NCBI GenBank assembly: GCA_964016885.1
Contig: OZ024740.1
Location: forward strand, 126,480,001 to 126,544,000
Reading direction: 5' to 3'
Length of the DNA stretch: 64,000 bases
Source of the DNA: Eledone cirrhosa
Taxonomy: Eukaryota
How positions within the stretch are numbered: position 1 is the first letter of the stretch; each line of letters starts with the position of its first letter. The translations under genes were made by a program, and so were the position numbers. Under the pieces are notes generated by a model that was given only the letters and a program-made list of their open reading frames with translations, did not search any database and had not been told where the DNA came from. Below are positions 13,501 through 28,249 of this stretch, one piece after another.

Positions 13501-14035
13501 TACCCACTTTAGCATTAAAGTCACCAAACACGATGACTTTGTCTGCTTGAGGGATATTTCTTAAAACACCTTTCAAGGCATGGTAAAAGGACACTTTTTC
13601 TTCATCGGCAGAATTCATAGTTGGAGCATACACACTCACCAGGGTCGCATATCTTCCTTTGTCCAGCGGAATTCTCATGGACATAAGACGCTCACTAATC
13701 CCTACTGGGAATTCTTCTAATTTATTCACAAGCACAGTCTTAACAGCATATGCTACCCCAGCTTCTCTTCTGGTTCCTTTATGTCTTCCTTTCCAGAAGA
13801 ATGTATATTCTCCACAAAATTCTGTAAGATGACCATCTCCAGCTAACCTCGTCTCAGATAAAGCCATGATGTCAACATCATAACGTCGAAGCTCATTTGC
13901 AACAAGAGCGGTCCTTCGTTCAGGACGCTGCAGGGAATCCCTGTCAAGCAGCGTCCGTACGTTCCACCAGCCAAGACTAAATGCCTTGTTTGGCTCTATT
14001 ACAATGGCACGATGACGAGCGGGCCCAGGCTGTGA
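10412..14035 (-). mobile_element. RTE-clade LINE (APE endonuclease + RT + C-terminal C2H2 fingers), frameshifted
   Basis: Motifs WNVRTLLD..PERRTALVA.EL.RYD.DI.ALSETR, GDFNAKVG, NYRGISLLS, FVDLTKAFD, LLYADD, YLGS, LRWSGH. A 3' UTR stem-loop (CTCG-ATAA-CGAG) at 10412-10455 is also seen at 62637-62670. Confidence 0.92.
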
Positions 14036-14207
14036 TTACCTGGGGCCCCTGCCCTTATTGCCAATTATCTTTTTTGTTCCAGAAACTAAATTGCCAATTT
14101 TCTCTTGTATATTGTTCTGGAACATCATTGAATTGGGAAAAAAAGAAAGAAAAGAAGTAATAATAATAGTAACAATAATAATAATAATAATAATAATAAT
14201 GATTTCA

Positions 14208-17200
14208 TTTATTAGCCACAAGGGCCGACATGTAGGGGATAATAAAAAGACAGGGACAGTGGGGGTTTACAATGAGGTCGAGTAAAAGTGCACAATGGCA
14301 AGACTAATTTAACAATGAAGATATAAAAATATAAAATAAACTATGCATAAATAAAACAAAATAAATTCCCTGATAGGGGGTGGACGACCCTGTGGTGACT
14401 CTGGTACCCCGCCAATCCTGAACCACTCTGCGCGTCTAGGGCACCCAGGGAGAGCACCCCTCTCTTCAAGTTAGCTAGCCTATGGGCGCATGGTCAGAGT
14501 AGCCCCATTCACACGAGCCATTCTCTCAACATTCACCCACCTTTTAGCAAATGTACTGGAGAGCAGCACTTCTCTCTCCACCCTCACCTTCCTTTCCAGG
14601 TGAAACTTGAAGAAGTTGATGAGGGATTGGCCGAAGAGAAAAGTGTCTGTCTTCAGTCCTTTTAACCTGGTCCACCATATAACATCTTTCGCAACTGCCA
14701 CCAGACAGAGGAAAATGTCCTGCTCTTTCTGACCTAAGGAAGGCGGCGGGTCGATCTTCACTATGGACTCGGCCGATAGCCGGATTCGTTCCACACTCCA
14801 GTAGCTGTTCGACATAACATTACAAGTCAGTAATGCACAGACATTGGACAAGTGCGTGCAGAGCGGTTTCGTCGTTCTGTGCGCATCTTGGGCAGGTCCG
14901 TCTGACAGCACTTCCGTGCCTGTAGAGTTTATCCCGAACCGGCAGAGCCCCCGGTAGCACTGCCAAGCGAGGGATTTCTGGAAATTGTCCATCGCCCCGG
15001 CTCAAAAGTCCTCCGGTACAGACTGATCAGTTCGACTTCGTCGAGGCCGAAAGCTTCTCCGAGTGCGTCATCATACTTGCCCACCACTAATACTCTATAG
15101 AACTCGAGAGTGGAAGTTCCACTGATCGCATTGCTCGCTTGGTAGAGGGCAGTGAGTGCCTGGCAACATTCCAGGTGCCAGTCACCCAGTCTCGGTCTCT
15201 TCTTGACCCAGGACTGCAGCTCAGTCAAAGAAATGAGCTGCGGAAAGGCCCGTCTGATAAATGGCGACCTGATCACCGTTTAGGCAGAATATCTGGAGAT
15301 GTCGCAGCCTCAACGCATGTCTGCGCATCTTTAGCCACGACATGCCCAGCCCACCGCGTAGAGGGTGCTGGCAGCAGATGGACCGCCCCACCAACGGAAC
15401 CTGTCGCCTCCACAAGAATTTGAAGAGGAGCCGTTCCAACTTGACGAGGCGCGGACGGGGGCAAGGCACGACGGTCAGGCGGTAGTAGATGAAGGACGCG
15501 ATGTACGCATTCGCCACCTCCGCGCAACCTTTCAGTGATAGCTTCCTCCCAGCCCATTTCTGGGTGAGACTGGCTACTCTGCTCGTTACCTCGTCCCAAT
15601 TATTTTCCACCTGGAGGTCTGGTCCAAACCAAACCCCGAGCAACTTTACCAGTCCGTCCGTCTAGCGCCCCACGACACTGTTGGACGGCATGGGCTTGCC
15701 TGTCCAGGTTCCGAGCTGCAAGCCCACCGACTTTTCCGACCACCTCGATCTCTGAGGTGTTCGACACCATCACGGTGATGTCGTCCGCATAAGCCGACAC
15801 CGCCTTTCCACGTCCCGGTTCGAGCAGGATGCCCTGCAACAGCTCCAGCTTCCGCAGTAAGGCTCGAGAGTCAATACGTACAGAAGGGAAGAGAGGGGGC
15901 ACACTTGACGGACCGATCGGGAGAGCCGAAATGGTTCCGAGAGATGGCCATTAACCTTGACCACCGATCGTGTGCCGCTGTGAATTGCAGTGATCCAGCT
16001 TCTGAAGACAGGGTCGAATCCAGCTGCTTTGAGGACAAACTCCAGATACCGATGGTCGACCCTATCGAATGCTTTCGACTGATAAAATTGATCAGTGCCC
16101 CACCGAAAACATGTTTACAGCCTACCCTCCCTATGGTGTATCGCATGAGGTGGAGATTGTCGTGTATGGACCTGGCTGGGATTGCGCAAGTTTGCGCCTC
16201 CCCAACCAAATCCTCGACGACAAGCGCAAATCTCTTTGCTAACACCTTGGCCAAAATCTTAAACTCTGTGTTGAGCAGAATTATGGGCCTGAAGTTGTCT
16301 AATGTATCCCTCTTGTTCTCGTCTTTCCTGATCAGCGTCACCACTCCCCTGCTCACAGAACTGGGAATACTCCCATTCTGCTGCCAGTTGCAGTAGAGTG
16401 CTTCGAGCAGATCGGATAACAAGTCTGGCATATTTACGTACAGCTCGTAGGGCAGGCCATCCAAACCGGGTGACTTGGCCTCATGCAGCCGACAAGGGCG
16501 TCCTGAATTTAGGCTGAAGTAATAGGCTTTTCGCAGAGCTCAGCGTCGACCGTCGAGATGCGCGGCAAGCCGTCAAGGTAGGGACTGAAATCCGCTACTC
16601 TCTCTGACTCGCCACTCTCCCCGAACAACTGAGCAAAGTGCTGGCGAAAGGCATCACACATCCGCTTGGAATCGCTTATCTCGTGTCCGCCTCGGTTCGC
16701 CAAAGACCGAATTGTGGTTTTATTACCACGCTGCGCCTCCGCCACGCGGGCACATCGAATAGCTTTGGTTCCCTCGTTTCTCAGCGCACGCGCCTTAGCT
16801 CTGACAATGCAACCTTCGTGTTTCGCATTGAACAAATGGTCTAATGCCATTCTCGCCGCTAGCACGTCAATTGCAATGCCACTACAAATAGCCTCGTCTA
16901 GCTTATCTTCCAGCTCCCCCTCCTTTCTATTTTTCTCTAACGCTAGTTCTTTGCTGAACTCTATCGAAGTTACTCTAATCTCTCTTTTGAGAGCCCCCAC
17001 CATCTGTTGTTGATGATACCCCCTGTCAACTTTTGCTGAACTAAATTGTTGACTCGGTCCCTGTAAGCCTTACGTGCCGGAAATGACATGTTCAGCTTCC
17101 AGGAACCCGGTCCTAACCTACGCCTTTTATCTAGGTCGACCGTACAGAACACAAATTTGTGATCTGAATAGGCGACCGTTTTAAAAAGTGCGCAGCCCAC

Positions 17201-19209
17201 ACTATTTCTATCTATTTTCCTAATGAAGATCCTGTCTATATATGATCTAGATGACCCCATTCGGTTGGTCCATGTCCATACTGGCACATTGAGGAAATCT
17301 AGTCGATACCTGTCAGACAGTTGGAACTGGCTGAGTAGGTGCTTGAGGCTTTTGCACCCCTCGCTCCTATCGGCTACTCCCACAAAATCCTAGTGTGCGT
17401 CTAAGATGCCATTCAAGTCCTCCGCTAACAGTAAAGGGCGAGAAGTACCCAGAAAGGTCTCCAGGCGCCTAAAGAAGTCCGGTCGTCCGGCCCCTGTAGT
17501 GGCGTAGACGGCCAGCAGTCTAAAGGCACCACCTTCGCTACTGCTCACATCCAAGACCACCAACTTACCATCCGGGTTCCGGAAGATCGACCTTACCTCG
17601 AGATCCAGTCCTTTCCTAAACACCACTGCCTCCCCACTCCCCATTTCCGGCCTGCTAACAGATGCGAAGATCTGATAGTCGTCGAAATTGGGGTCTAGGG
17701 CGCGCGTGTCGGAAATTCTGGTCTCGCATCCATTTCCAGCGACCTGAGGTCGTTGAGTAGGAGACCCTGCTTCCAGGGTGACCCCAGGCCGCGAAAATTT
17801 AAACTTCCTACTCTTAATATGGCCATGTCGGTAAGCTAAGAGAGAGAAGGAAGGTTTACTTACCTCCCGGGGTCTTGTGAAGGTCGGGTGGTTCGTCCTC
17901 CATGGTTGGTGGGGTTTCTTTTGGGAACACCTTTAAAAGTCTTGATGTGAGTTTCACATTCGGGGTTCACACGTCTTGAAGGAAAACTCTCTCGAATTTC
18001 TTAGAAGGAATTGAGTGACATTCGGACCAGAAGCAAATCTTCGGGCACGCAAAATGTTCTCATTTCAAAAATCTCTCCCTCTGTTTGAATGTCCTCGCTT
18101 CATGCTAAGAGGGCCATCAGTTTATCGTTGGCCCTTCTAACAAGCACGAAGTTTTTAACATTTTGTTGGTGTGGTTTTATTTGTTTTCGCTTTGGTGACT
18201 GTGGTGGTGATGGTTTTGGTGGTGTTGTTTCGGGTATGTCTGTGTTTGTTGTAGGTGTGGTGTCTGCAATTTCAGGTATTTGTGTGTTTATTTGTACTTG
18301 TGTTTCTTTAAATTGTTTGCGTTTCGGGCATTGTTTGCGTGGGGGTGGTGTCGATGTTGCTGGTGGTGCTGGTGTTATTGGGGAAGTGTTTGCATTAGTG
18401 GTGTCTGTATTTTTTGTTGTGTATGTTTTTGTGTCTTGTTGGGGCTTTTTTTTTTGGTGAGTTTTCTGTTTTTTTGCACTTTTGGCTTTTCCTTCATCTT
18501 CGCTGCTGGAAGACAAAGAGTCTGTGGTTGTGGGTGTTTCAGTGTCTGTGTGTGCGTTAATTGTTTTGTCTATGTTTTTGCTGCTGCTGCAGCAAATGTG
18601 GTGCTTCTGATGCTCTTGTTGTTGGTGTTGTCATTCTTGCTGTTGTTATTGGTGTTGTTGTTGTTTTGTTTGTTGATGCTGTTGCCACCGCCATCCGTGT
18701 TACATTGAAGCTGTCGGTGTTATTGTCGTTATTGCTCTGAGTTGTTTTTGTTGTGGAGGTGGTGGTTGCGGTGGTGGCGGTGGTGGTGGTGATGTCGTGT
18801 TCAGATGATACTGCTGCTATCACAGAAGGTTGTGATGGTAGCTTTTGAGTTTTGCCTTCATATTCAGTAGAGTGGACGACAAGCATGACTGTAGCCGCCG
18901 TAGTCGTGATTAAATCTACAGTGGCTGCCTTTAAACATTTGACCTGAACGTTGTTTACCGTTTCAAGGTCGAAGATTTCCATATTTTCTTTTTGGTGGGG
19001 AAGCGATTTTTTTCGAAGTTTTTTTTAAAATAAATCTAAATATTCGGGCTTAAAGCCCGAATATTGAGAGGTATCCCTCTCTTTAAATCAAGATGTGTAC
19101 TTTAAGTTTCGTTAACCAAAAGAAAATACAAAAAATGACACTTTAAAACAGCTTAAAGTTACGAACCCTTTCCCCCGCAGATTTGTACTGTCTTCACACA
19201 TGTGCGTCC
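14208..19209 (-). mobile_element. Full-length Tx1/L1-clade LINE, degenerate ORF1 and ORF2
   Basis: ORF2 has EN (SRSYIDRIF, SDHK, G.WKLN), RT (PG.DGLPYE.Y, NFRPI.LLNTEFKILAK, SVRQ.CPLS, AYADD) and a C-terminal CPRC...E...H motif. A low-complexity ORF1 lies at about 17830-18982. AATAAA precedes a (TTA)n tail. Confidence 0.9.
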
Positions 19210-19243
<34 letters not shown>

Positions 19244-20409
19244 ACTATTAATAATTATTAATTAATGCAATCGTGCAATGCCTGTGCGTGATGAATATTT
19301 TTAAAGTGAGGAAAGACTGTGCACTGAGCCACTCTTTGAGCGACAGTAGCTATAACCCGAAAAGAAGAAAATATCAACATCATCGGTAACTACTGAGCCG
19401 CAGGTTTTATGTCGGAGTTAACCCAGTTTCCTGAGATACCTTCTCCTAGAAGAATGCCCTGACAAGGGCTAGGGGTTCTTCTCTCCCAGTTATTCTCTGC
19501 GCGATCGGGCAACCAGCCCGATTATTTCTATGTCCCGCGCGCAAAAAAAACCTCACTTATTGACACTTATACGTACGACATACACACACACGCACACACA
19601 CACATACATACGCGCGCACACACCAACACTCATACATACAAACAAACACACACACGCTACTCACTTACACACACACACATATATATATATATTATATTAC
19701 CGTCATTACTGATACAAGATTACAAGATTATGTCAACTGTTGACTTTCAAGAGTTCGTATAGTTGAAGCCGTTCGTATTACAGTCCAGTATTATTATAAT
19801 TGCTTTAAAGCATAGAGCTATGGCTCTCCCCGCTCTGAGCTCAAATCTCTAAGGTCAACCTTGCCTTTCATCCCCACGGAGTGAACAAAAGAGAGTACCT
19901 GTAATGCGCTGGTCCAGTCGGTAGATCCGTGCCAAAAGCAGAAAAATTATGATTAATAAAGTTGTTGTTTTCTTAAGGCCCGGTCGCTGGTGATGGCGGT
20001 GCTGATGGTGGTGGTGGCAGTTGATGTTGTTGTTATGTTGTGTGCGTGTGTGTGTGTTTTGCTATTTTGAGTCTTTTTGTTTGCTTTTTTTTATCTAGAC
20101 TAAAGTCACCGACCTGTGTCAAACTCTCTACTCTGTGTTGAATGTGTGTATATATATATATGTATGTATATATGTATGTATATATGTGTGTGTGTGTATA
20201 TATATATATGTATATATATATGTATGTATATGTATATAGTCAAATGACCAGAATTTCAACCCAAAAATCTACAACAGCAACACCGGCAATACTGTTTACA
20301 GCAACAACAGCTTCAGAATGAATTGAAATGAACATTTACAACAACAACAGTGGCATCAAACGATAAAAAAAAAAAGAAAATGAAACAAACAAAAATACTA
20401 AAATATATA

Positions 20410-20453
<44 letters not shown>

Positions 20454-20456
<3 letters not shown>

Positions 20457-20527
20457 CGAAGGAAATGTGGTAAGGAACCAGGTGGACCATAACGCACTTG
20501 AGCTCAGCCGTCGGGGTCTTACTGGTT

Positions 20528-20531
<4 letters not shown>
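20454..20531. mobile_element. 78-bp two-armed PLE end (family M) in (TA)n
   Basis: Inverted tail AACGAAGGAAATGTGG.. is joined to ..CAGCCGTCGGGGTCTTACTGGTTCCTAT. The same family occurs at 36982, 53986 and 63294. Confidence 0.8.
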
Positions 20532-20599
<68 letters not shown>

Positions 20600-20614
20600 T
20601 ATGTGTATATATAT

Positions 20615-22030
20615 GGCACACCGACAATTCCGCACATGACAATTCAGAGCCGACAATTCAGCGCATGACAATTTAGCGCAAGGAAGCAAATACAAGGACA
20701 ATTGAAGAAAAGGAATAACGAAATTAGATTTTGAGTTTAAACATTTTATTGGCAGACAATAATTAAAATAAAACATTTATTGAAATAGCATACTAAAATA
20801 AGATATATTTATAAATATATGAATTCCCAAAAATATTTTTATAGAAATATTAATAATAATTTACATCTGTAGTTCAATTTGCGCAAGTACTCCAACTTAT
20901 CGGCTCGATTTCCATACTCAGTCACTAACGGCGTTATCGCTTTATGAGTCCTTTGGTATTGGCATCCCTTCTACGACGGCGGAAGGGGCGGCCAATCCAT
21001 GTATCTGCGAAATAATTTGTTAATTCTTCCAATTCCTGAGGCATAACATCTTGCAAAGATTCAAATACTCCACAAATATCGTCAACTGGCACAAAAGCTA
21101 AAGCTACTAACATCTTACAGAATATGTTCCTCCCTGATATAAAGCTGAGTACGATTTAAATACTGGATTTTCCTCCATACGCTCTGAGCGAGGTGAAAAA
21201 AGCAACCACTTATTTGCGTGCTTTCAAAATCAGTTGTAAATGCATTTTGGAATGCCTTTTCAAAATCACAGAGCATAGTATCTAGCTTCAGATCCGGGTA
21301 TGAATTCAAAATAGTCCTTAATGCTCTCTCATATGTTTCCTCAGTTTTATTTTGCAATAGTATATATATCACTGGAAAAACACGTCCTTCACAAAGCATA
21401 TGCATAACATAAAGTTGGTAGAAAAGGCGCGAGGCTACTATAAATATACAGTCTGCAAGCCAGTTTGTGTATTCTTTAAGGTGTTCAATATTTTTTTCAG
21501 TCGAAAATATCAACATTCTTTTGGTATCGTCACTGCCGGAATCGTGCAATAAAAAATGTTCGCCACTGTGTGTTACACGCAAATGTTCAGGTAATACAAT
21601 ATCACTAACATTATCAGGTGCTGGGATTGACTCACCATCTCGTTTTCTACGGCGCTGAATACTTCGTTGCAATGAAGTATACTTAGGTAGTAAAATTGTT
21701 GCTTCATCTGGCAAATAGACTTGCGCCCCTTGGATCATTCTTCTCGGGACATCATTAGATACACCAGCTCGTTCACGAATGTTTGAAACCATCTGCTTCA
21801 TCCTTGATACTGCTGGCTGCGGCACATGGGTATGCGTTGTAATATCTTCCCATAAACTTTCATTAACAGGGATACGACCTTTGCATTTGTCTTCAGTACA
21901 ACGCCAAGATTCTTTTCCATTTCTAATCCATTTAATAAAGTGTGCTCCCGTCCTTTCTCTGATAATATCCGCTCCATAGGGCTCGTTTTTTAGTCTTAAC
22001 TTGGTAAATGTTTATAACCAGCTGGATTCC
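20615..22030 (-). mobile_element. MULE/Mutator DNA transposon remnant (FLYWCH-like + MULE transposase)
   Basis: ORF 21115-21825 has FLLHDSG, W.AD..F, FYQLY..H, P..YILLQNKTEETY, DFE.A..NA, GCFFHLAQS.WRKIQ. WRC..KCKGR..HTH lies upstream. Subterminal GACAATT repeats at 20623-20703. Confidence 0.88.
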
Positions 22031-22296
22031 TAAAAAGGAAGTACCACAAATAATGTGTGTGTGAAGAACTTTCTCGCTGAATCGCGGTCTTCAAACTGAT
22101 TTGTATGTGCTGTGTGGTTCTATATAAATGGATTTGGTGTGTTTGTGGGTGGGTGGGGTTTAAATATGTGTAGGAATGGGGCAGTGTTGAAAGCGGTTGG
22201 TGGTAGTAGTGAGTTGAGATAGCGAGTGGAAAATCCTTTATTCTGTTTTCCTACTGATAAACTAACTACTCACGCACAGACGCATGCACACACACA

Positions 22297-22367
<71 letters not shown>

Positions 22368-22368
22368 G

Positions 22369-22454
<86 letters not shown>

Positions 22455-22492
22455 CATACATGCACACACATACACACATATATATATACACT

Positions 22493-22526
<34 letters not shown>

Positions 22527-22545
22527 GTAATAATATATATAGTAA

Positions 22546-22625
22546 TAATAATAATAATAATAAGATCCCGTTAAGGGTGAAAGCAGCGATTCTTTGCTTA
22601 AACTTTAATCTGTTATTTTAATAAA
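22546..22625. mobile_element. Minimal two-armed insertion of PLE family A
   Basis: TAGTAATAATA (start of the inverted tail) followed by AAGATCCCGTTAAGGGTGAAAGC...ATTTTAATAA, within (TA)n. Confidence 0.75.
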
Positions 22626-22640
22626 TATATATATATATAT

Positions 22641-23230
22641 ATACTCTGATACTGGTTCAGTCTAGTTCAACTGAATTGGTCTGTCCCAGTCATTCATTGA
22701 GCAACATCGGTGAAGTTGGCACCCTTAACTCACAGTTGGGTGCGGATGCATTCATGTATATATGTGTGTGTGTCCGCATGTATCTGTGTGTTTCTAATTA
22801 TATTGTTAATAACTCCCTCTGGTCGAGCAATCTTTGAAGTGTGGGGACTGCTGGAAAGCTTCCATGACTCATACTTCTCGACTTCTTCACCACCTCTTCT
22901 ACGGCCTCGATATAAATACCCCCTCCGCCTCCGTGGTATTTTCTTCGGGGTTATAAGAGGCTTAGCTCTGTTTCTCGACCGTTATATCGCGTGACTATCT
23001 CCCCCTCCGCCTTTTGGGATTCTTTCTCACGTCGTGTAGACGCGTTCTTGAGACTAGTAAAATGAGGTATCCTCTTGATAAGTCGGCAGACCTCGCAAGG
23101 ACTCTATATCTTTATGATATATTGTTTTTGTTTATGCCACGAAACTACGTAGTCGAGGAATTTAGGAGCAGTTTAGGTATGATACATTCTATTACTAATT
23201 ATATCTAAATGTTTCTTCTCTCTTCATAAT
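22641..23230 (+). mobile_element. Non-coding HHR element (retrozyme-like monomer, ~590 bp)
   Basis: Starts with the tail motif ATACTCTG..TTGAGC, has an HHR at 23070-23159, no ORF, and (TA)n on both sides. Confidence 0.6.
23070..23159 (+). ncRNA. Hammerhead ribozyme, U3-A8 core, palindromic stem III
   Basis: TCCTC-TTGATAA-GTCGGCA...TGCCAC-GAAA-CTACGTAG-TC-GAGGA. Confidence 0.82.
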
Positions 23231-23231
23231 G

Positions 23232-23381
<150 letters not shown>

Positions 23382-23400
23382 CACATATATATATATATAT

Positions 23401-23456
<56 letters not shown>

Positions 23457-23460
<4 letters not shown>

Positions 23461-23786
23461 TGTTATACTTTGGGAGGGTCATGTTGCCAATAAGAAACAC
23501 ACGCACCGGTTACTTTCACTTCAATTTATTATATATTTATAAATTTATAAATTTACAAATCTACAAACTTATAAATTTCTGGTTGGTTGTGGAACGAACC
23601 AACCAACCAGAAATTTATAAGTTTGTAGATTTGTAAATTTATAAATTTATAAATATATAATAAATTGAAGTGAAAGCAACTGGTGCGTGTGTTTCTTATT
23701 GGCAACATGACCCACCCAAAGTATAACAATATCGGTTTCAACACACGATTTCGGATAAAGAATCTTGCTAAACAAATTCAGAAACG

Positions 23787-23790
<4 letters not shown>
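23457..23790. mobile_element. Mini-palindrome of the terminal region of the 37-42 kb PLE family
   Basis: Both arms match 42620-42768. The right arm adds the ~60-bp tail seen at 37148-37207. Confidence 0.9.
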
Positions 23791-23825
<35 letters not shown>

Positions 23826-23833
23826 TATAGATA

Positions 23834-23943
<110 letters not shown>

Positions 23944-23947
23944 AACA

Positions 23948-24038
<91 letters not shown>

Positions 24039-24076
24039 CACATACATATACATATATATACACACACATATATATA

Positions 24077-24830
24077 ACCGTCCATAAATCACAAATTAAA
24101 ATACAGGAATACAGAAAGATTGCCTTTAGTGAACATATCGCCAATTGTGCTCACAACCAACATCAAAACTTTAACATTTTTTCCCCCATTTACAGATTCA
24201 TAGACAACGCTACTTTCATCCAACGTACCAATAAGGAAACATATTTCATTAATAAATTTGAACCCCTACTTAATACTCTAAAATTCAGACCAATCTAATA
24301 CTGCAACAAACAATCAAACATTTAGAAGAGTTACCTCCCTCACATCCTACCTAATCCTTTTTCTTAAATAAATATCATCCAGCAAGAATTGCTTCCCCCT
24401 GCATATTAAATCTCTAAAAAGGGAAATCATTTCAAATCTCAGTCCACTATTTGCCTCCATCACGGAATCATGGATCAACTACGCACTTTTGCCATAGTAA
24501 CACACTCTGATCTGCTTAACTTCAATGACTTTATATTATAACATTTTTTCTTTCACATTGACTTTTATGTTCCACATTATGCAGGTTCTTTTTCCTTTTT
24601 CTTTTTTCTTTCATTTCATAAACCTAGTTTGTAAATAACATTATTCTTTCTGCACCTTCTGTTTAACATGTGCGACACCACACTAATACATTTCACTATC
24701 ATTTGATAATGCATAAAAATGCTGAAACCGGTAATAGACAATAATTAAATGTATAAATAGATAAATAAATGCCATTGTTATCTACATATATATTTACCTG
24801 AACATGGAATCTCGTTCTTCCCCCAACTCT

Positions 24831-24836
<6 letters not shown>
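24077..24836 (+). mobile_element. PLE 3' fragment (GIY-YIG C-terminus + HHR at 24696-24737)
   Basis: [23 protein letters not shown]...KETYFINKFEPLLN, followed by TTGATAA-TGCATAAAAATGCT-GAAA-CCGG-TA. Confidence 0.72.
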
Positions 24837-24917
<81 letters not shown>

Positions 24918-25640
24918 GTACACCTACACACATACACAAACACATACACAAACACCACCTTCAGCCCTCCCTGCTCGAACCCCCCGCCTCCCTCTCCCCT
25001 CTTCACCCAAGAAAGAGAGATAATCAAATATGTCAAATAAAATATACATAAATATTTTGATATGAAAATTTGTAAGGAAATTTTAGAAGTTCGTAAGAAT
25101 TTAAAACAAAGTGCATATGTAGCAGTTCAGTGTAGAAGGAGGGTGATGTAATCTCGGTATACATCTTCATTTTCCTTTGATAATTTGCAGTATTACTAAG
25201 TGTCATGATCTTTAAAATTAAAAATAATCAGATAATGTTTTACTTTGTCTCGTTTATGTAGCCTAAAGGAATTGTATGTTTGAAGCAACATTATTGAGAT
25301 TTATATTCCACTAAAACTAATATAGGTTTTATACGTTCAGCAGTCCTTCGTTTCACTGGAGGTGTAACATATATGAGGCGTTCTGCATAATATCCCTCAT
25401 TGTAATCGCATGCAATTTCTAAATTATAGATTGGATTGAACGTCTGTTAATTCTGTGTTATATCATATATTGATCTAATGTATAAGTGCGCAACTGAAAC
25501 GATGCCAATGTTTTTCATAGAAAATAAAATGTGGAATCTGCACATACTTATCTAGTGTTTATTCAGTTAATGGTCGAGTGTTTTAATCAAACATAAACAA
25601 TATGCATACATAATAACACACACACACACACACAGACAGA

Positions 25641-25757
<117 letters not shown>

Positions 25758-26306
25758 TCGGAGAAAGCTAATAACGATACTCACTCAACAAACATTAGGA
25801 AATATCTGAGTATATTCCTAATTAAACGTTCGGGGTGCTAACTAATTGTATTGTGTAGAAAATTGGCTGCATCATTTCATATGAGATATATCAAATATAT
25901 CACTTCCCAGACGACTCGTTTCATTATAAGATTTCTACAAGTTGGGTGAAATTATACCAAATTATGTAGAAGCTTGTATAAGATCAACAGATACTTATAC
26001 AAGTGGGCTCTTATAATTCTTCAGTGGGTGCCCAATAATATTAATATTGATAACCAAATCAACATCAATATTTAGCGATAATCACTATCAGTGCTTGAGG
26101 GAGCTGCTAGGTTGTTAGTCCAGCAGTTCTAAAAAAAATCTCACACTGTCTCGAAAATTGGAGGAACGAGGCTACCACCAAAAAAAAAAACAATACATGC
26201 GCAGGTCAATGAACTCTAAAAACAATTCAAGCCACGTGCTAGAACTCAATTGGATATGAAAAAATAACCATATGTACGCATCGCTTGATGAAACATATAG
26301 ATATTT

Positions 26307-26356
<50 letters not shown>

Positions 26357-26360
<4 letters not shown>

Positions 26361-26383
26361 GTACAGATATCTATATCTATTTA

Positions 26384-26424
<41 letters not shown>

Positions 26425-26454
26425 GTCTGTTTGTTTCTCTCTCACTCTCTCATC

Positions 26455-26496
<42 letters not shown>

Positions 26497-26519
26497 GTAC
26501 AGATATCTATATCTATTTA

Positions 26520-26558
<39 letters not shown>

Positions 26559-26594
26559 GTCTGTTTGTTTCTCTCTCACTCTCTCATCATATAA

Positions 26595-26597
<3 letters not shown>
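26357..26597. repeat. Tandem duplication of a ~135-bp (TA)/(TC)-rich unit
   Basis: CACGTACAGATATCTATATC...CATCATATAA occurs twice. Confidence 0.85.
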
Positions 26598-26648
<51 letters not shown>

Positions 26649-26956
26649 ATGTGTGTGCGTGAAAATGTGTGCGTGCGTGCGTGTGCATGCGCAACATAAT
26701 TTGTACATATGCATTTACATATGTGCAATCATTCATACACACCACCACATACACCAACAACTATTTGTCTTTAAATGTCTGTGTGTGTGTCTATTTGTGT
26801 GTGAATAATATAAATTATCAAAAACATCCAACTGCAAATGTTCAACATATAAATCACATATTCAACGCTATGATTTGTTTTCAAAGATTATTTGAGCGAT
26901 ATACTCGCATCTATACCGAACATCTCACAAGATGACACACTCGCAGATGATAATAT

Positions 26957-27031
<75 letters not shown>

Positions 27032-28249
27032 CACTTACATCACATATTACATGCAAAATGCCTATAGGTTTATATCTATTAACCGAAACAATCATTTAAA
27101 CATGCATATACAAAACAACGGTTTCGCCATAGCATAAAATACCTAAACAAAGCTGATGGAATAATTTTCAACCCATTAATAAATCTCAACAATAAGAATA
27201 AAAAACGCAAGCATTGAGATGCTAAAACCATTTAGGTGATATATAGCAACGCATGATTCTAATCATTCGGTTACTTTATTGTTTTAAATTCTCAATCAAT
27301 TAAACCCGATTTCTTTATATTCTGTTTTAAAATTTATAGCATTGTCATGTTTTAAATTTAAAATTTTATTTCTTTTCGGTATCATTTATAATTATCGTTA
27401 CAAACTTTGTGTTTTGTTGGATTTATAGAATCCGTTAAAGTGTTGGTGTGGAGTAGACATTCATTGCAGTAATTTATTACGATTCTTTACTTTTCCAGTT
27501 CCATTCTAGCTTGGTTAGTAGTCCTTTAGACTACCTTGTGTTTAGGTCGATAAATTCCACTTATACAAACAGGAAAACTTCTGCTTGTAATGTTAGAAAA
27601 CATTATCATTAATGGTTGTGTTCAAAAGCAATGGAGGAAATGCATTGCTGTTTTTTGTTACGAACCTCAACATTGCAGTTTCGAATCCTCTCAGATCAAC
27701 TTTACCTTTCATCCTACCGGGTTCGATAAAGTACTAGTCATGTTACCCCGCTTCGTTCTCCTACTTCAAAATGATTGGCATTGTGCCTGAAGAAGAAATC
27801 ATTATTATTACTGTTAGAAAATTGCGTTTGGAGTGTGGATGATTTAAGGCTACTGACATTGTTTGTTCTTTATTCTTTCGACGCTTTAATATGGGTTCTG
27901 ATTCAGCTACATGGCCAACAATTTTGGAGTGGGGGAAAGTCGATTAAATCGAAACCAGTTCATTACTGGTACTCTAGTTTGCCTTTCTCAGAATGTAAAG
28001 GGGTGTAACTCAAATCCGCAAAGCATGTTGTTTCACGCTTTACTTATATTGTCAATCCACCATCCTTATTCGAGTCTCCAATACGAAATTGCTTCAGCGT
28101 CGAATTTACATAAATTCAAATGGAAATGTAGCACAGTTAAATTATAATCGGTAATGGCCATCGTCAATGATTTATGAATTTTGTTTTCTAAATGTAAGGA
28201 GACAAGTACGGAAGCAACAGTAACAGCAGCATTGCAATCATATTTTGAG

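Noticed and set aside
26357-26597. Tandem duplication as a functional element
   Set aside because: Bounded by (TA)n; slippage or assembly duplication is the simpler explanation.
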